From an uncultured Chloroflexia bacterium (GTDB taxonomy: Bacteria; Chloroflexota; Limnocylindria; QHBO01), in assembly GCA_963844415.1 (NCBI GenBank), contig CAWJOA010000006.1, positions 354,855 through 418,854 of the forward strand: DNA of 64,000 nt. Reading direction: 5' to 3'. Positions 8,574-17,433 of the stretch are shown here, piece after piece (within the stretch, counting starts at the first letter, position 1; each line of letters begins with the position of its first letter). The notes under the pieces are model-generated. The model made no database searches. It was not told the DNA's origin and saw nothing but the letters and a program-made list of their open reading frames with translations. The translations under genes and the position numbers were made by a program.

Positions 8574-9398
8574 TCAGTGGGGAATCCGGTATCCGGCGCC
8601 GACCGCCTCCTCCAGGCGCAGCGGCGGAAAGCCATCCGCGAGCTCCGGCGCGAGCAGCTGGTAGATGTCGTGCTCGTCGGGGATGCCGCGAAGGCGGTGC
8701 GTTCCGAGATGGCGCATCTCGTACACGGACGCATCGGCCACGGCAGCGTGCACGGCGCGCGACAGCAGGATCTGCCCTCCGTGGCCGCAGGCGCACAGGC
8801 GCGCGGTCGCGTTCACGCTGATGCCCTCGTAGCCGGTCGCGGTGCGCGTCGGACGCCCGGTGTGGAGGCCGATCCGAACCCGAACCGAGCGGCCATCGGG
8901 CCAGGCGTGGGAGGCCATCGCGCGCTGGACCTGGACCGCGGCCTCGACGGCGGCGGTCGCCGAGGGGAAGACCGCGAAGAACTCGTCGGCGCGGGCATCG
9001 ACCTCGAAGCCGCCGCCGGTGCGCACGGCCGCGCGCTCGATGCGGCGGACGGCATTGAGCATCGGTCCGTATCGGTCCTCGAGCTCGGCGAGGTGAAGGC
9101 TCGAGCCCTCGACATCGGCGAAGAGCAGCGTGAGCTGGCCCGTCGGCAGCTTCGGGCGGATCTGGCCGTCGATGAACCCGACCGGTAGGATGCCGTGGCG
9201 CTTGGCCGCCTTCAGCAGCCGTGTCCGGGCGCGATCACGGGACGCGTCGTCCTCGAACAGGACGCGGTTGAACCGGGCCAGGGCATTGCGGACATGGGCC
9301 TCGTCGTGGATCGGGAGGCGGCGCTTGCCTGCGGAGTCGATGTAGGCGAAGGCGCTGTCGGGGAGCTTGGCCCGTTCGCGCTGGCGGAGGTCGGCCAT
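8574..9398 (-). CDS. class III adenylate/guanylate cyclase with about 75-aa N-terminal domain of unknown function
   Basis: From internal ATG at 9398 (MADLRQRERAKLPDSAFAYID...): LTLLFADVEGSS...RVRIGLHTGRP...ISVNATARL are class III cyclase catalytic-core motifs. The upstream part of ORF 8574..9833 is Arg/Ser-rich junk. Confidence 0.7.
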   Translation of the reverse strand: MADLRQRERAKLPDSAFAYIDSAGKRRLPIHDEAHVRNALARFNRVLFEDDASRDRARTRLLKAAKRHGILPVGFIDGQIRPKLPTGQLTLLFADVEGSSLHLAELEDRYGPMLNAVRRIERAAVRTGGGFEVDARADEFFAVFPSATAAVEAAVQVQRAMASHAWPDGRSVRVRIGLHTGRPTRTATGYEGISVNATARLCACGHGGQILLSRAVHAAVADASVYEMRHLGTHRLRGIPDEHDIYQLLAPELADGFPPLRLEEAVGAGYRIPH

Positions 9399-9414
9399 AC
9401 CGGCCAATGATCGC

Positions 9415-10599
9415 TCAGACGGCGGTGGCCCGCCTCCGCCCCTCCATCCCCAGCGACGAGCTCCGAGCATCCGACCGCAGGCGGAGCAGCAGCTGGCGCC
9501 CGGCCAGGTATGAACCGATGCCGACCGCGAACACGAGGCCGTCCAGTGGCACGACGCCGGAGACGTCGAGCGCGCCGAAGATGATCGCCAGGCCGATCCC
9601 GAGGCCGGACTCCATGAGCTGCGTCGGGATCCGTCTCGCCCCGACCCGGCGGTCGGACGACCAGACGCCCCATCGCGAGGTCGTGCAGCGCCCCGCACAG
9701 CAGCCGGTGAAGAAGCATCCGAGCCGGCCGATGCCGACGCCGACGAAGAACGCCGGCGCCGCGGCGTCGAGGAAGGGCAGGACCGGCAGTCCGAGCGCCA
9801 GCATCGCGACCACCGCGGCGATCGGCGCCGCACCGATTGACCCGTCGATCGACCAGCCCTCGCTGAGCGATCGTCGCCACTGTCGTGGCCGCAGGACGAT
9901 GTACCACAGCTTCGCCCCGGCGATCCCGCCGAGGACGCCGACCACCGCGACGACCAGGGCCGGTCCGGGAGCGATGCCCTCGAAGGAGAGGAACCACAGC
10001 AGCGCGAGGATCCCGACGACGATCCCGATCGCGCAGAGCGCCGTCCAGCTGCCGTGGATGACGGCCGGCATCGGCGTCAGGCGCACGAGCGGGCTCCAGC
10101 GCGTGTGGACCGGCCCGAAGGGGGCGTCGGTGAGGCGCCAGCGGAGCCACGACCAGCGAGCGCGGGGGAGCGTCTGGCCGCCCCTGGCGGAGGTCGCCCG
10201 CGTGGGACCGGCGCCAGGCGCCCGGATGAGCTCGGCGGTCACGGTCCAGTCGCCGGGGTTGAGACCGAAGACGTGGGTCGTCACCGACACCGGCCCGCTG
10301 CCCGGCACGACGCGCTCGACCCGCTCGTCGACGCTGAACGTGTCGCCCGGCCGCGGCTTCCCGTTGATGGCCTCGCGCCGACCGCGGAAGCGGACGGTCG
10401 CGGCAAACGCCTGGCCCTGCGCGCCGGGGTCGAACCGGTGGCTGACCGCGAGGCCCTCGTGCCGGGCGTCGGCCGCGAGCTCGGCCTGGGTCCGTCCGGC
10501 CTGGACCGCATCGGTCGACGGGCGTGCCTTCACCGCTCGTTGGCGGGGCCGAAACCCGCGCCGGCGGCTCATCGTGGATCCTCGGTCATGCGCCAGCAC
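9415..10599 (-). CDS. Lgt (COG0682, prolipoprotein diacylglyceryl transferase)-like polytopic membrane protein with about 170-aa N-terminal non-membrane domain
   Basis: C-terminal 220 aa has 6-7 TM helices and the GRLGCFFTGCCAGR box resembling the Lgt-family signature region; the N-terminal domain (..TFSVDERVERVVPGSGPVSVTTHVFGLNPGDWTV..) has no recognised family. Confidence 0.45.
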   Translation of the reverse strand: MLAHDRGSTMSRRRGFRPRQRAVKARPSTDAVQAGRTQAELAADARHEGLAVSHRFDPGAQGQAFAATVRFRGRREAINGKPRPGDTFSVDERVERVVPGSGPVSVTTHVFGLNPGDWTVTAELIRAPGAGPTRATSARGGQTLPRARWSWLRWRLTDAPFGPVHTRWSPLVRLTPMPAVIHGSWTALCAIGIVVGILALLWFLSFEGIAPGPALVVAVVGVLGGIAGAKLWYIVLRPRQWRRSLSEGWSIDGSIGAAPIAAVVAMLALGLPVLPFLDAAAPAFFVGVGIGRLGCFFTGCCAGRCTTSRWGVWSSDRRVGARRIPTQLMESGLGIGLAIIFGALDVSGVVPLDGLVFAVGIGSYLAGRQLLLRLRSDARSSSLGMEGRRRATAV

Positions 10600-10637
10600 A
10601 TGATGGCAGAGCGCGGGCAGGACGCTAGCATCGGGCC

Positions 10638-11523
10638 ATGCCCGAGCACCTCACCCTGCGCGACGTCCCCGGCCTGCGGGTCGGCCACTGGACCGATGCG
10701 ATCGCGCTGACCGGCTGCACGGTCGTCCTGGCGCCGGATGACGGGGCCGTCGCGGGCGTCGACGTGCGCGGCTCGGCGCCGGGCACCCGCGAGACCGATC
10801 TCCTGCGCCCCACCGCGCTGGTCGAACGCATCAACGCCATCTGCCTCGCCGGCGGCTCCGCCTTCGGGCTGGCCGCCGCCGATGGCGTCATGCGCCGGCT
10901 TGCGGAGCGGGGGATCGGGTTCGCGACCGGCGTGCGCCCGGTACCGATCGTCCCCTCGGCGATCCTCTTCGACCTCGGCGTGGGCGACCCGCTCGCGTTC
11001 CCCGATGCCGATGCCGGCCACGCCGCCACCCTTGCCGCGGAGGCCAACGACGGTCAGCTCGAGGGTCGCATCGGTGCCGGAACGGGCGCCACCGTTGCCA
11101 AGCTGGGCGGGCCGACAGGGCGCTCGGCCCGGCGGCATCGGCAGCGCGGCCCGTCGCCTCCCCGATGGCTCCACCGTCGGTGCGCTCGTTGCCACCAACG
11201 CACTGGGAAACGTGCACGCCCGCGATGGGCGGCCGCTGGCGGTTGCCACGGGCGCCGCCGAACCGCCGGTCGGCAACACGACGCTCGTCGTGATCGGGAC
11301 CGATGCGAACCTCGACCGCGCCCAGTGCCGCAAGATCGCCGAGCTCGGCCACGACGCGCTGGCGATCGGCATTCGCCCGACCCACACGCCCTTCGACGGC
11401 GACGTCGTCTTCACGATGAGCACCGGCGACGGCTCGCGGCTCTCCCTCGAGGCGCTCACGGCACTCGGGCTCGCGGCCGTCGACGCGGTGGGCGAGGCGA
11501 TCGAGCGCAGCGTCGCCGGCTAG
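10638..11523 (+). pseudogene. DmpA/S58 (P1 family) L-aminopeptidase/D-esterase, frameshifted near 11128-11135
   Basis: N-terminal half is in ORF 10638.. (LRVGHWTD...TGCTVVL...GVDVRGSAPGTRETDLL). The C-terminal half GGIGSAARRLPDGSTVGALVATNALG...LVVIGTDANLDRAQCRKIA...FTMSTG is in the +1 frame (ORF 10738..11523). The switch lies in gcccggcggcatc. Confidence 0.6.
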
Positions 11524-12380
11524 GGGTCGAGCGACTCCTCGAAGGCGCGCAGCTCCTCGGCATTGATCTTGTACACGTGCTCGTCGGCGGGGTAGGCGCC
11601 GGAGCGGACCTCGGCGGCGAAGGCCTCGAGCCCGCGGCGCATCTCGCCGGCGACGTCGGCGTAGCGCTTCACGAAGCGCGGGGCGACGCCCTCGTTGATG
11701 CCGAGCAGGTCGTGCCAGACGAGCACCTGGCCATCGGTTCCCGGCCCGGCGCCGATGCCGATCGTCGGAATGCCCAGCGCCTCGCTCACGTGCGTCCCGA
11801 TCCGCGCCGGCACCGATTCGAGGACCAGCGAGAAGATCCCGGCCGACTCGAGCTCGCGCGCGTCGGCGAGGAGCTGCCGCGCGGCTTCGGCCGTCTGGCC
11901 CTGCGCCTTCATCCCGCCCAGCTTCGTGGCCGACTGCGGCGTGAGGCCGAGGTGGCCCATGACCGGAATCCCGGCACCGACGATGGCGCTGACCCGCGGG
12001 ACCATCGGCCCGGCGCCCTCGAGCTTGACCGCATCGGCCCCGGCCTTGATGAAGCGCACGGCGTTGGCGACGGCCTCGGCGTCCGACGGCTGGAACGACC
12101 CGAACGGCATGTCACCGATGACCAGCGCGCGCGGCCGCGCGCGCGCCACGGCCGCGGTCAGCATGACGGCCTCGTCCATCGTCACCGGCACCGTCGAGTC
12201 GTAACCGAGGACGTTGTTGCCGGCCGAGTCGCCGACGAGGATGAGGTCGACCCCGGCCTCCGAGGCGAGCCGTGCCGACGGATGGTCGTAGGCGGTGACC
12301 ATCACGATCTTCGTGCCGGCCGCCTTCATGGCGGCGACCTCCGGAAGCGTGAGCGGCTCGCGGGCGCGCAGGTCGGTCAT
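11520..12380 (-). CDS. panB: 3-methyl-2-oxobutanoate hydroxymethyltransferase
   Basis: From ATG 12380 (MTDLRAREPLTLPEVAAMKAAGTKIVMVTAYD..); full-length match to PanB motifs (VGDSAGNNVLGYDST, LGLTPQS); upstream part of ORF 11520..12641 is junk. Confidence 0.9.
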   Translation of the reverse strand: MTDLRAREPLTLPEVAAMKAAGTKIVMVTAYDHPSARLASEAGVDLILVGDSAGNNVLGYDSTVPVTMDEAVMLTAAVARARPRALVIGDMPFGSFQPSDAEAVANAVRFIKAGADAVKLEGAGPMVPRVSAIVGAGIPVMGHLGLTPQSATKLGGMKAQGQTAEAARQLLADARELESAGIFSLVLESVPARIGTHVSEALGIPTIGIGAGPGTDGQVLVWHDLLGINEGVAPRFVKRYADVAGEMRRGLEAFAAEVRSGAYPADEHVYKINAEELRAFEESLDP

Positions 12381-12432
12381 CGGCGAAGCGTCCACCCGAC
12401 CGCTCCGCTTGTCAACGCGAGCGGGTCGGCCC

Positions 12433-13233
12433 TCAGCCCAGCACCACGTTGTCGATGAGCCGCGTCGCTCCCACGCGCACCGCGGCGACCAGGGTGGGCG
12501 CTCCGAAGTCGGCGACCGCAACATAGTCGACCGACAGCCCGCGCTCGACGTCGAGGACCGAGCGCGCCGCGGCCAGCGGTTCGGCCCCGCCGGCATGCGC
12601 GGCAGCGGCGGCCTCCAGCGCCCGCGGCAACGCCAGCGCAACCTCGCGCTCAGCCGCAGAGAGGAAGACGTTCCGCGACGACAGCGCCAGCCCGTCCGGA
12701 TCGCGGACCGTCGGCAGCACCTCGATCGACACGGGCACGTTCAGGTCCGCCACGACCCGGCGCACGACCGCCACCTGTTGCGCGTCCTTCTGCCCGAACC
12801 ACGCGGCGTCCGGCTCGACGATCGCGAACAGCTTCGCGCACACCGTCGCCACGCCCCGAAAGTGCCCGGGCCGTGCGGCGCCCTCGAGCTCCGTGGCCAG
12901 CGCACCGGGCTCCACCCAGGTGTCGAACCCCGGCGGGTAGAGCTCGTCTGCGGATGGCGCGAAGAGCATGTCGACGCCGGCGGCCCCCGCGACGGATGCA
13001 TCCGCCGCTTCGTCGCGGGGGTAGCGCGCCAGGTCCTCGGCCGCGTTGAACTGCGACGGGTTGACGAACAGGCTGACGACCACGACGTCGGAGCCCTCCC
13101 GCGCCGCGCGCATCAATGCGACGTGACCGGCATGGAAGGCGCCCATCGTCGGCACCAGGCCGATGCGCTCGCCACGCCCCCGCGGCTCGCGAAGGGCCTC
13201 GCGCACCTCGGCGACGGTGCGCACGACCCTCAC
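12433..13233 (-). CDS. panC: pantoate--beta-alanine ligase
   Basis: GTG 13233 (VRVVRTVAEVREAL..); IGLVPTMGAFHAGHVAL (HIGH-type motif), NPSQFNAAEDLARYPRDEA, GQKDAQQVAV. The GTG start overlaps the TGA of the upstream gene (GTGA). Confidence 0.85.
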   Translation of the reverse strand: MRVVRTVAEVREALREPRGRGERIGLVPTMGAFHAGHVALMRAAREGSDVVVVSLFVNPSQFNAAEDLARYPRDEAADASVAGAAGVDMLFAPSADELYPPGFDTWVEPGALATELEGAARPGHFRGVATVCAKLFAIVEPDAAWFGQKDAQQVAVVRRVVADLNVPVSIEVLPTVRDPDGLALSSRNVFLSAAEREVALALPRALEAAAAAHAGGAEPLAAARSVLDVERGLSVDYVAVADFGAPTLVAAVRVGATRLIDNVVLG

Positions 13234-13904
13234 GGCCGCGTCGCCTCCGCCAGCGCGCGGTACAGCGGCACGAGATCCGGATCGCGCTCCTCGAGGGCAG
13301 CCAGGTGGGCCTCGACGGTGGTCCAGTCGCCTCGCGCGATCGGCCCGGTCAGGTCGAAGCCGTTCTCGATCGTGCGGGTCATGAGCGGCACGATCGCCTC
13401 CGGCGGCGCCCCCACCTGCTCGAGCAGCCGCGTCGCGACGCGCCACAGCGTGACGAGATAGTTGCCGCCGATGACGGCCGCGGCGTGGTACAGGGTGCGG
13501 TCCGCATCGGCCACCTCGAAGGGGCGCAGGCCGAGGGTGGTGGCCAGCCAGCGCGCGCCCGCGAGGGCGTCATCGGTCTCGGCGCTGATGGCGCCCCACG
13601 AGCCGCCCAGCTGCTCCGGTCCGCGCTCGCGGGTGAGCGTCTGCAACGGGTGGACGCTGAAGCGCCGCTCGTGCGGGTCGAGGGCGCTCAACCGGGTCGC
13701 CCCGCTGACGTGGGCGACCCATGGACCGATGGTGACCCCCGCCGCCACCTCGCCGATCACGTGGTCCGGCACGCACAGCAGCACAAGCTCGGCGCCGGGG
13801 TCGACCTCGCGACCGTCGGTGACGACCAGGCCGCGTTCCAGCAGCTTCCCGCGGATCGCGCCGCCGGCCCGCCCGGTGCCGATGACGTGCACGCGCTCGA
13901 ACAT
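13230..13904 (-). CDS. Rossmann-like DUF2520-domain protein (putative ketopantoate reductase substitute encoded in pan operons)
   Basis: From internal ATG (MFERVHVIGTGRAGGAIRGKLLERG...); C-terminal DUF2520-like region LYHAAAVIGGNYLVTLW...TGPIARGD. Position is directly upstream of and coupled to panC. Confidence 0.6.
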   Translation of the reverse strand: MFERVHVIGTGRAGGAIRGKLLERGLVVTDGREVDPGAELVLLCVPDHVIGEVAAGVTIGPWVAHVSGATRLSALDPHERRFSVHPLQTLTRERGPEQLGGSWGAISAETDDALAGARWLATTLGLRPFEVADADRTLYHAAAVIGGNYLVTLWRVATRLLEQVGAPPEAIVPLMTRTIENGFDLTGPIARGDWTTVEAHLAALEERDPDLVPLYRALAEATRP

Positions 13905-13914
13905 GGGCCGCAGT

Positions 13915-15372
13915 CTACGGCTCGCGGCGCTCCCACTCGGCCTGGCGCGGGCGGCCCATCGCCTCCCATGCCTCCGCCTCGGGACCGAGGCGCAGGGCGT
14001 GGACGACCTGGCGGGCCGCAAGTCCGACGATCGAGGTGAAGGTCGGGTAGGCGAACTCGACCTCGGCGAGGCGCTCGACCGGCATCTCGGCGGCCATCGC
14101 GGCCGCGGCGATCTGGACGACCTCCACCGCCTGCTCGCCGACAACGTGCGCGCCGACGACGCGACGGCTGGGCCGATCCACCACCAGCTTGCAGAAGCCC
14201 TCGGTTCGCCGATCGATGACCGCCCGATCGAGGTCGGCGTAGGCAACGTGACCGATGACCGCGGCGGCGGGCGCATCGGCCTCGGTGACGCCGACGCTGC
14301 CGTACTCCGGATCGGTGAAGCCACCATGCGCGACGATCCCGTGGTGCAGCGCCCGGTCGGACGAGCCGAGTGCGTTCTCGGCGGCGATGCGGCCCTCGTA
14401 CGTGGCGCTCTGGACCAGCATCATCCGGCCGGTCACGTCCCCGGCGGCCCAGACGTGGGGCACCGAGGTGCGGAGCGTGTCGTCGACGGTCACGTAGCCG
14501 CGCGCGGTCTCGACGCCGGCGGCCTCCAACCCGAGGCCCTCGAGGTTCCCGGGCCATCCCACCGCCATGACCACCGCGTCGGCCAACGTCTCGCGGGCAT
14601 CGTCGCCGACGCGATGGCGGACCGCGAGGCCGCGATCGGTCCGGCGGATCTCGTCGACCCCGCCGATCCCCGTCGTCACCGCGATCCCATTGGCCGCGAA
14701 CGCCTCGGCGAGCGCGGCCGAGATGTCGAGGTCCTCGCCCGGCACGATGCGCGGGGCCATCTCGAGCACGGTCACCTCCGAGCCGAAGGCGGCGAAGATC
14801 GACGCGAGCTGCAGCCCGGTCGCGGCACCACCGACGATGCAGAGCCGGGCGGGCACCGCGGTGAGCGCCCAGACGTCGCTGTGGGTGAGCGCGAGCTCGC
14901 TGCCCGGGAAGGCGAGCCGCCGCGCATGCCCGCCGCAGGCGATGATCACGCGCTCGGCGCGCAGGCTCGTCCCGTCCAGCTCCAGCCGATGCGGGTCGAC
15001 GAAGCGGGCCGGTCCCTCGCGACGCACCGTGCGCACGCCGGCGCCCTCGAGGTGGCCGACGAGCTGCTTCTTCTCGTGCAGCTCGTAGATCGTGCGCTGC
15101 GTCGCGGCCATCAGCGCGGCGAGGTCGAGCGTCGGCGGCGGCGCGCTCAGCCCGTAGTCGGCGAGCTGCTCGGCGTCGCGGACCAGGCGCGCGGCCTTGG
15201 CCAGCACGCGGGTCGGCGCGCAGCCGTCATCGGTGCAGGTGCCGCCGGGCCGGTCCCGCTCGACCAGCGCCACGCGCGCGCCAAGCTCGGCGCCTCGCAG
15301 CGCTGCGGTCACGCCGGCCGGTCCGCCGCCGATGACGACCAGCTCGAAGCTCTCCGACGACGATCCGGCCAT
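13915..15372 (-). CDS. class I pyridine nucleotide-disulfide oxidoreductase (dihydrolipoamide dehydrogenase / mercuric reductase-like) with atypical redox motif GGTCTDDGCAP
   Basis: From ATG 15372 (MAGSSSESFELVVIGGGPAGV..); second NAD(P) fold CIVGGAATGLQLA, C-terminal dimerisation domain; upstream 188 codons of ORF 13915..15936 are junk. Confidence 0.75.
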   Translation of the reverse strand: MAGSSSESFELVVIGGGPAGVTAALRGAELGARVALVERDRPGGTCTDDGCAPTRVLAKAARLVRDAEQLADYGLSAPPPTLDLAALMAATQRTIYELHEKKQLVGHLEGAGVRTVRREGPARFVDPHRLELDGTSLRAERVIIACGGHARRLAFPGSELALTHSDVWALTAVPARLCIVGGAATGLQLASIFAAFGSEVTVLEMAPRIVPGEDLDISAALAEAFAANGIAVTTGIGGVDEIRRTDRGLAVRHRVGDDARETLADAVVMAVGWPGNLEGLGLEAAGVETARGYVTVDDTLRTSVPHVWAAGDVTGRMMLVQSATYEGRIAAENALGSSDRALHHGIVAHGGFTDPEYGSVGVTEADAPAAAVIGHVAYADLDRAVIDRRTEGFCKLVVDRPSRRVVGAHVVGEQAVEVVQIAAAAMAAEMPVERLAEVEFAYPTFTSIVGLAARQVVHALRLGPEAEAWEAMGRPRQAEWERREP

Positions 15373-15378
15373 GCGAGC

Positions 15379-16140
15379 ATGGTACGCATGGCAGCCGGTC
15401 CGCTCATCCTCGTCGGTGGCACGGAATTCATGCCCGGCAATGAGCCACACGACCGCCTCTTCGCCGATGCGGCCGGCGCCGGCCCCGCGTACGTGATCGC
15501 CACGGCCGCGGTGCGTCAGGATCCCGACCGCGCCGTGGCAACCGCGCGTCGATGGTTCGCCGGCCTCGGCCTCGAGGTCACCGAGCTTCGGCTCAGAGGC
15601 CGGCGCGAGGCGGCCGATCCTGCGACCGTCGAGGCGGCGCGAGCCGGGCGCGGCTTCTACCTGTGCGGCGGTGATCCCGGGCTCGTCGTGAAGCTCCTCG
15701 CGGGGACGCCGGCCTGGGACGCGATCGTCGATGCGTGGCGAACCGAGGGCGCCGCACTGGCCGGATCGTCGGCCGGCGCGATGGCCCTCGGGGAGTGGAC
15801 CCTCATCCGGGCCGGCAAGTCGCACGCTCGTCGCAGGTTCGCGCCGGCGCTCGGGGTCGTGCCAGGTGTTGCCGTCGTCCCGCACTTCGAGGAGTTCGGC
15901 GAAGGCTGGCTGCCGTCGATCGATGCCACGACGCATGGGGCGACGCTGCTCGGCATCGACACGCGGACCGCCGCCCTCTGGCGGCCCGGCGTCGGCTGGC
16001 GGGCGATCGGATCCGGCCGCGTGGTCGTCATCAGCGACGAGGGCCGGAACGTCCGGACCGACGGCGGCCGGCCGACCGGCATCGGGCGGCCGGCCGTTAG
16101 GCCAATGACGTTGGCGCGACCGCTGGGACCACGCTCATGA
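15379..16140 (+). CDS. peptidase S51 / class I glutamine amidotransferase-like protein (dipeptidase E / cyanophycinase family)
   Basis: C-terminal 253 aa of ORF 13462..16140 from ATG 15379: LILVGGTEFMPGNE...FYLCGGDPGLVVKLLAGTPAWDAIVDAW..LAGSSAGAMAL, typical S51 Ser nucleophile context. Start is only 6 bp from the divergent disulfide-reductase start. Confidence 0.6.
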   Translation: MVRMAAGPLILVGGTEFMPGNEPHDRLFADAAGAGPAYVIATAAVRQDPDRAVATARRWFAGLGLEVTELRLRGRREAADPATVEAARAGRGFYLCGGDPGLVVKLLAGTPAWDAIVDAWRTEGAALAGSSAGAMALGEWTLIRAGKSHARRRFAPALGVVPGVAVVPHFEEFGEGWLPSIDATTHGATLLGIDTRTAALWRPGVGWRAIGSGRVVVISDEGRNVRTDGGRPTGIGRPAVRPMTLARPLGPRS

Positions 16141-16146
16141 TCGGCG

Positions 16147-16518
16147 TCAGTCGAAGGTGACCTCCACGAGCGGCGCGGACTCCACCATGGGCGCCAGCTC
16201 GTAGCCCCAGCTCGCGGCGATCGGCGGAAGCACGCGCTCGCGCTCCTCGCGATCGAGGATGACACGACCGGTCGCCGGCACGTCGGCCCGCGCGATCGGT
16301 CCCTTCAGGTGAAACGTCATCGCGGGATTCGCGCGCAGGTTCGCGATCCAGCCCCGCGGCCAGCCAGGGCGGCCGCTGATGTAGATCCGCCCCTCGATGT
16401 TGTGGAAGACGAGCTCGATCCGCCGCGGCCGCCCGCTCTTGCGCCCGGTGGTGGTGATGTCGATCCGGTGGCCGCGCTCCAGCGCGCGGCGCACCGTTTC
16501 GTCGACGGCGGCGGTCAC
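16147..16518 (-). CDS. deazaflavin (F420H2)-dependent nitroreductase family protein (Ddn-like split barrel)
   Basis: 123-aa ORF; ITTTGRKSGRPRRIELVFHNIEGRIYISGRPG...WIANLRANP is the hallmark N-terminal motif of the DUF385/Ddn family. Confidence 0.7.
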   Translation of the reverse strand: MTAAVDETVRRALERGHRIDITTTGRKSGRPRRIELVFHNIEGRIYISGRPGWPRGWIANLRANPAMTFHLKGPIARADVPATGRVILDREERERVLPPIAASWGYELAPMVESAPLVEVTFD

Positions 16519-17387
16519 GGGGTGACCGTGACCGTCCGCTCCTCCGTGCCGCGGACGAGCGTCAGCTCCAGCGGCCCATCGCCGGCGAGCGCCTCGAACA
16601 GGTCGTCGGCACCGCCGATCTCCTTGCCGCCGATCGCCACCAGCAGGTCGCCCTCGGCGATGCCGGCCTTCGCGGCGGGGGAGTCGTCCTCCACCTCGCG
16701 GACGAGCAGCCCTTCGCGCTCCGGCAGGCCGACCGCGCGCCGCAGCTGCTTCGCGACGTGCGACGGCGCGAGGCCGACGCCGAGCCGGCGCCGCTTCGGC
16801 GACTCGCCGCGCCCGAGGGCGGTGACGCGCTCGGCGAGGGTCGCATCGGTGGCAATCGCCAGGTAGAAGCCGTTGCCCAGCCGGTTCGTATTGATGCCGA
16901 GCAGGTTGCCGTCGAGGTCGACCACGGGCCCGCCGGACGAACCCGGCATGAGCGGCGCCGTGTGCTCGACCGCCCCGGCCACGCGACGTCCGCGGGGTCC
17001 GCGGAACGACCGGCCCGTGCCGCTCACGAAGCCAAATGTGACGCGCGGGCCGTGTCCGTTCGGGTTGCCGAGCGCGACGACCGGCGTGCCCACGCCGGGC
17101 GCATCGGTGCCGAGCGCCAGCGCGGTGGCGCCCTCCGTGGGAGCCTCCAGGACGGCCAGGTCGCCGTCACCGTCGACGCCGGCGACGGTCGCCTCGGCAG
17201 TTCGTCCATCGGCGAAGGTGACCGTCACCTCGTCGCCGTGCAGGTTGTGGGCATTCGTCAGGATCCGGTTCTCGGCGATCACCACGCCCGAGCCGCCGCG
17301 CCATCGGTTGCCGATGCCGACCACCGACGGTCCCACGCGCTCCGCGATCGCACCGATCTCCCGACCCACGTCAGACAGGGTTGCCAT
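16515..17387 (-). CDS. HtrA/DegP-family trypsin-like serine protease with C-terminal PDZ domain
   Basis: ORF 16515..17387: catalytic-triad context TNAHNL(H), DLAVL(D), GNSGGP-like PGSSGGPVVD(S); PDZ GLLVREVEDDSPAAKAGIAEGDLLVAI. Confidence 0.8.
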   Translation of the reverse strand: MATLSDVGREIGAIAERVGPSVVGIGNRWRGGSGVVIAENRILTNAHNLHGDEVTVTFADGRTAEATVAGVDGDGDLAVLEAPTEGATALALGTDAPGVGTPVVALGNPNGHGPRVTFGFVSGTGRSFRGPRGRRVAGAVEHTAPLMPGSSGGPVVDLDGNLLGINTNRLGNGFYLAIATDATLAERVTALGRGESPKRRRLGVGLAPSHVAKQLRRAVGLPEREGLLVREVEDDSPAAKAGIAEGDLLVAIGGKEIGGADDLFEALAGDGPLELTLVRGTEERTVTVTP

Positions 17388-17416
17388 GGTTGCTTGCTCT
17401 CCGCTGGTAAGGTGTG

Positions 17417-17433
17417 ACTTGCAATGCGCAAGT
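17417..17433. promoter_or_regulatory. inverted repeat ACTTGC-N5-GCAAGT overlapping the hxlR-like start codon (candidate autoregulatory operator)
   Basis: acttgcaatgcgcaagt read directly; the ATG of the HxlR gene is the central atg. Confidence 0.3.

Noticed and set aside
13462-16140. 892-aa plus-strand ORF
   Set aside because: Only the last 253 codons (S51 peptidase) look like protein; the rest is antisense of DUF2520 and the disulfide reductase.
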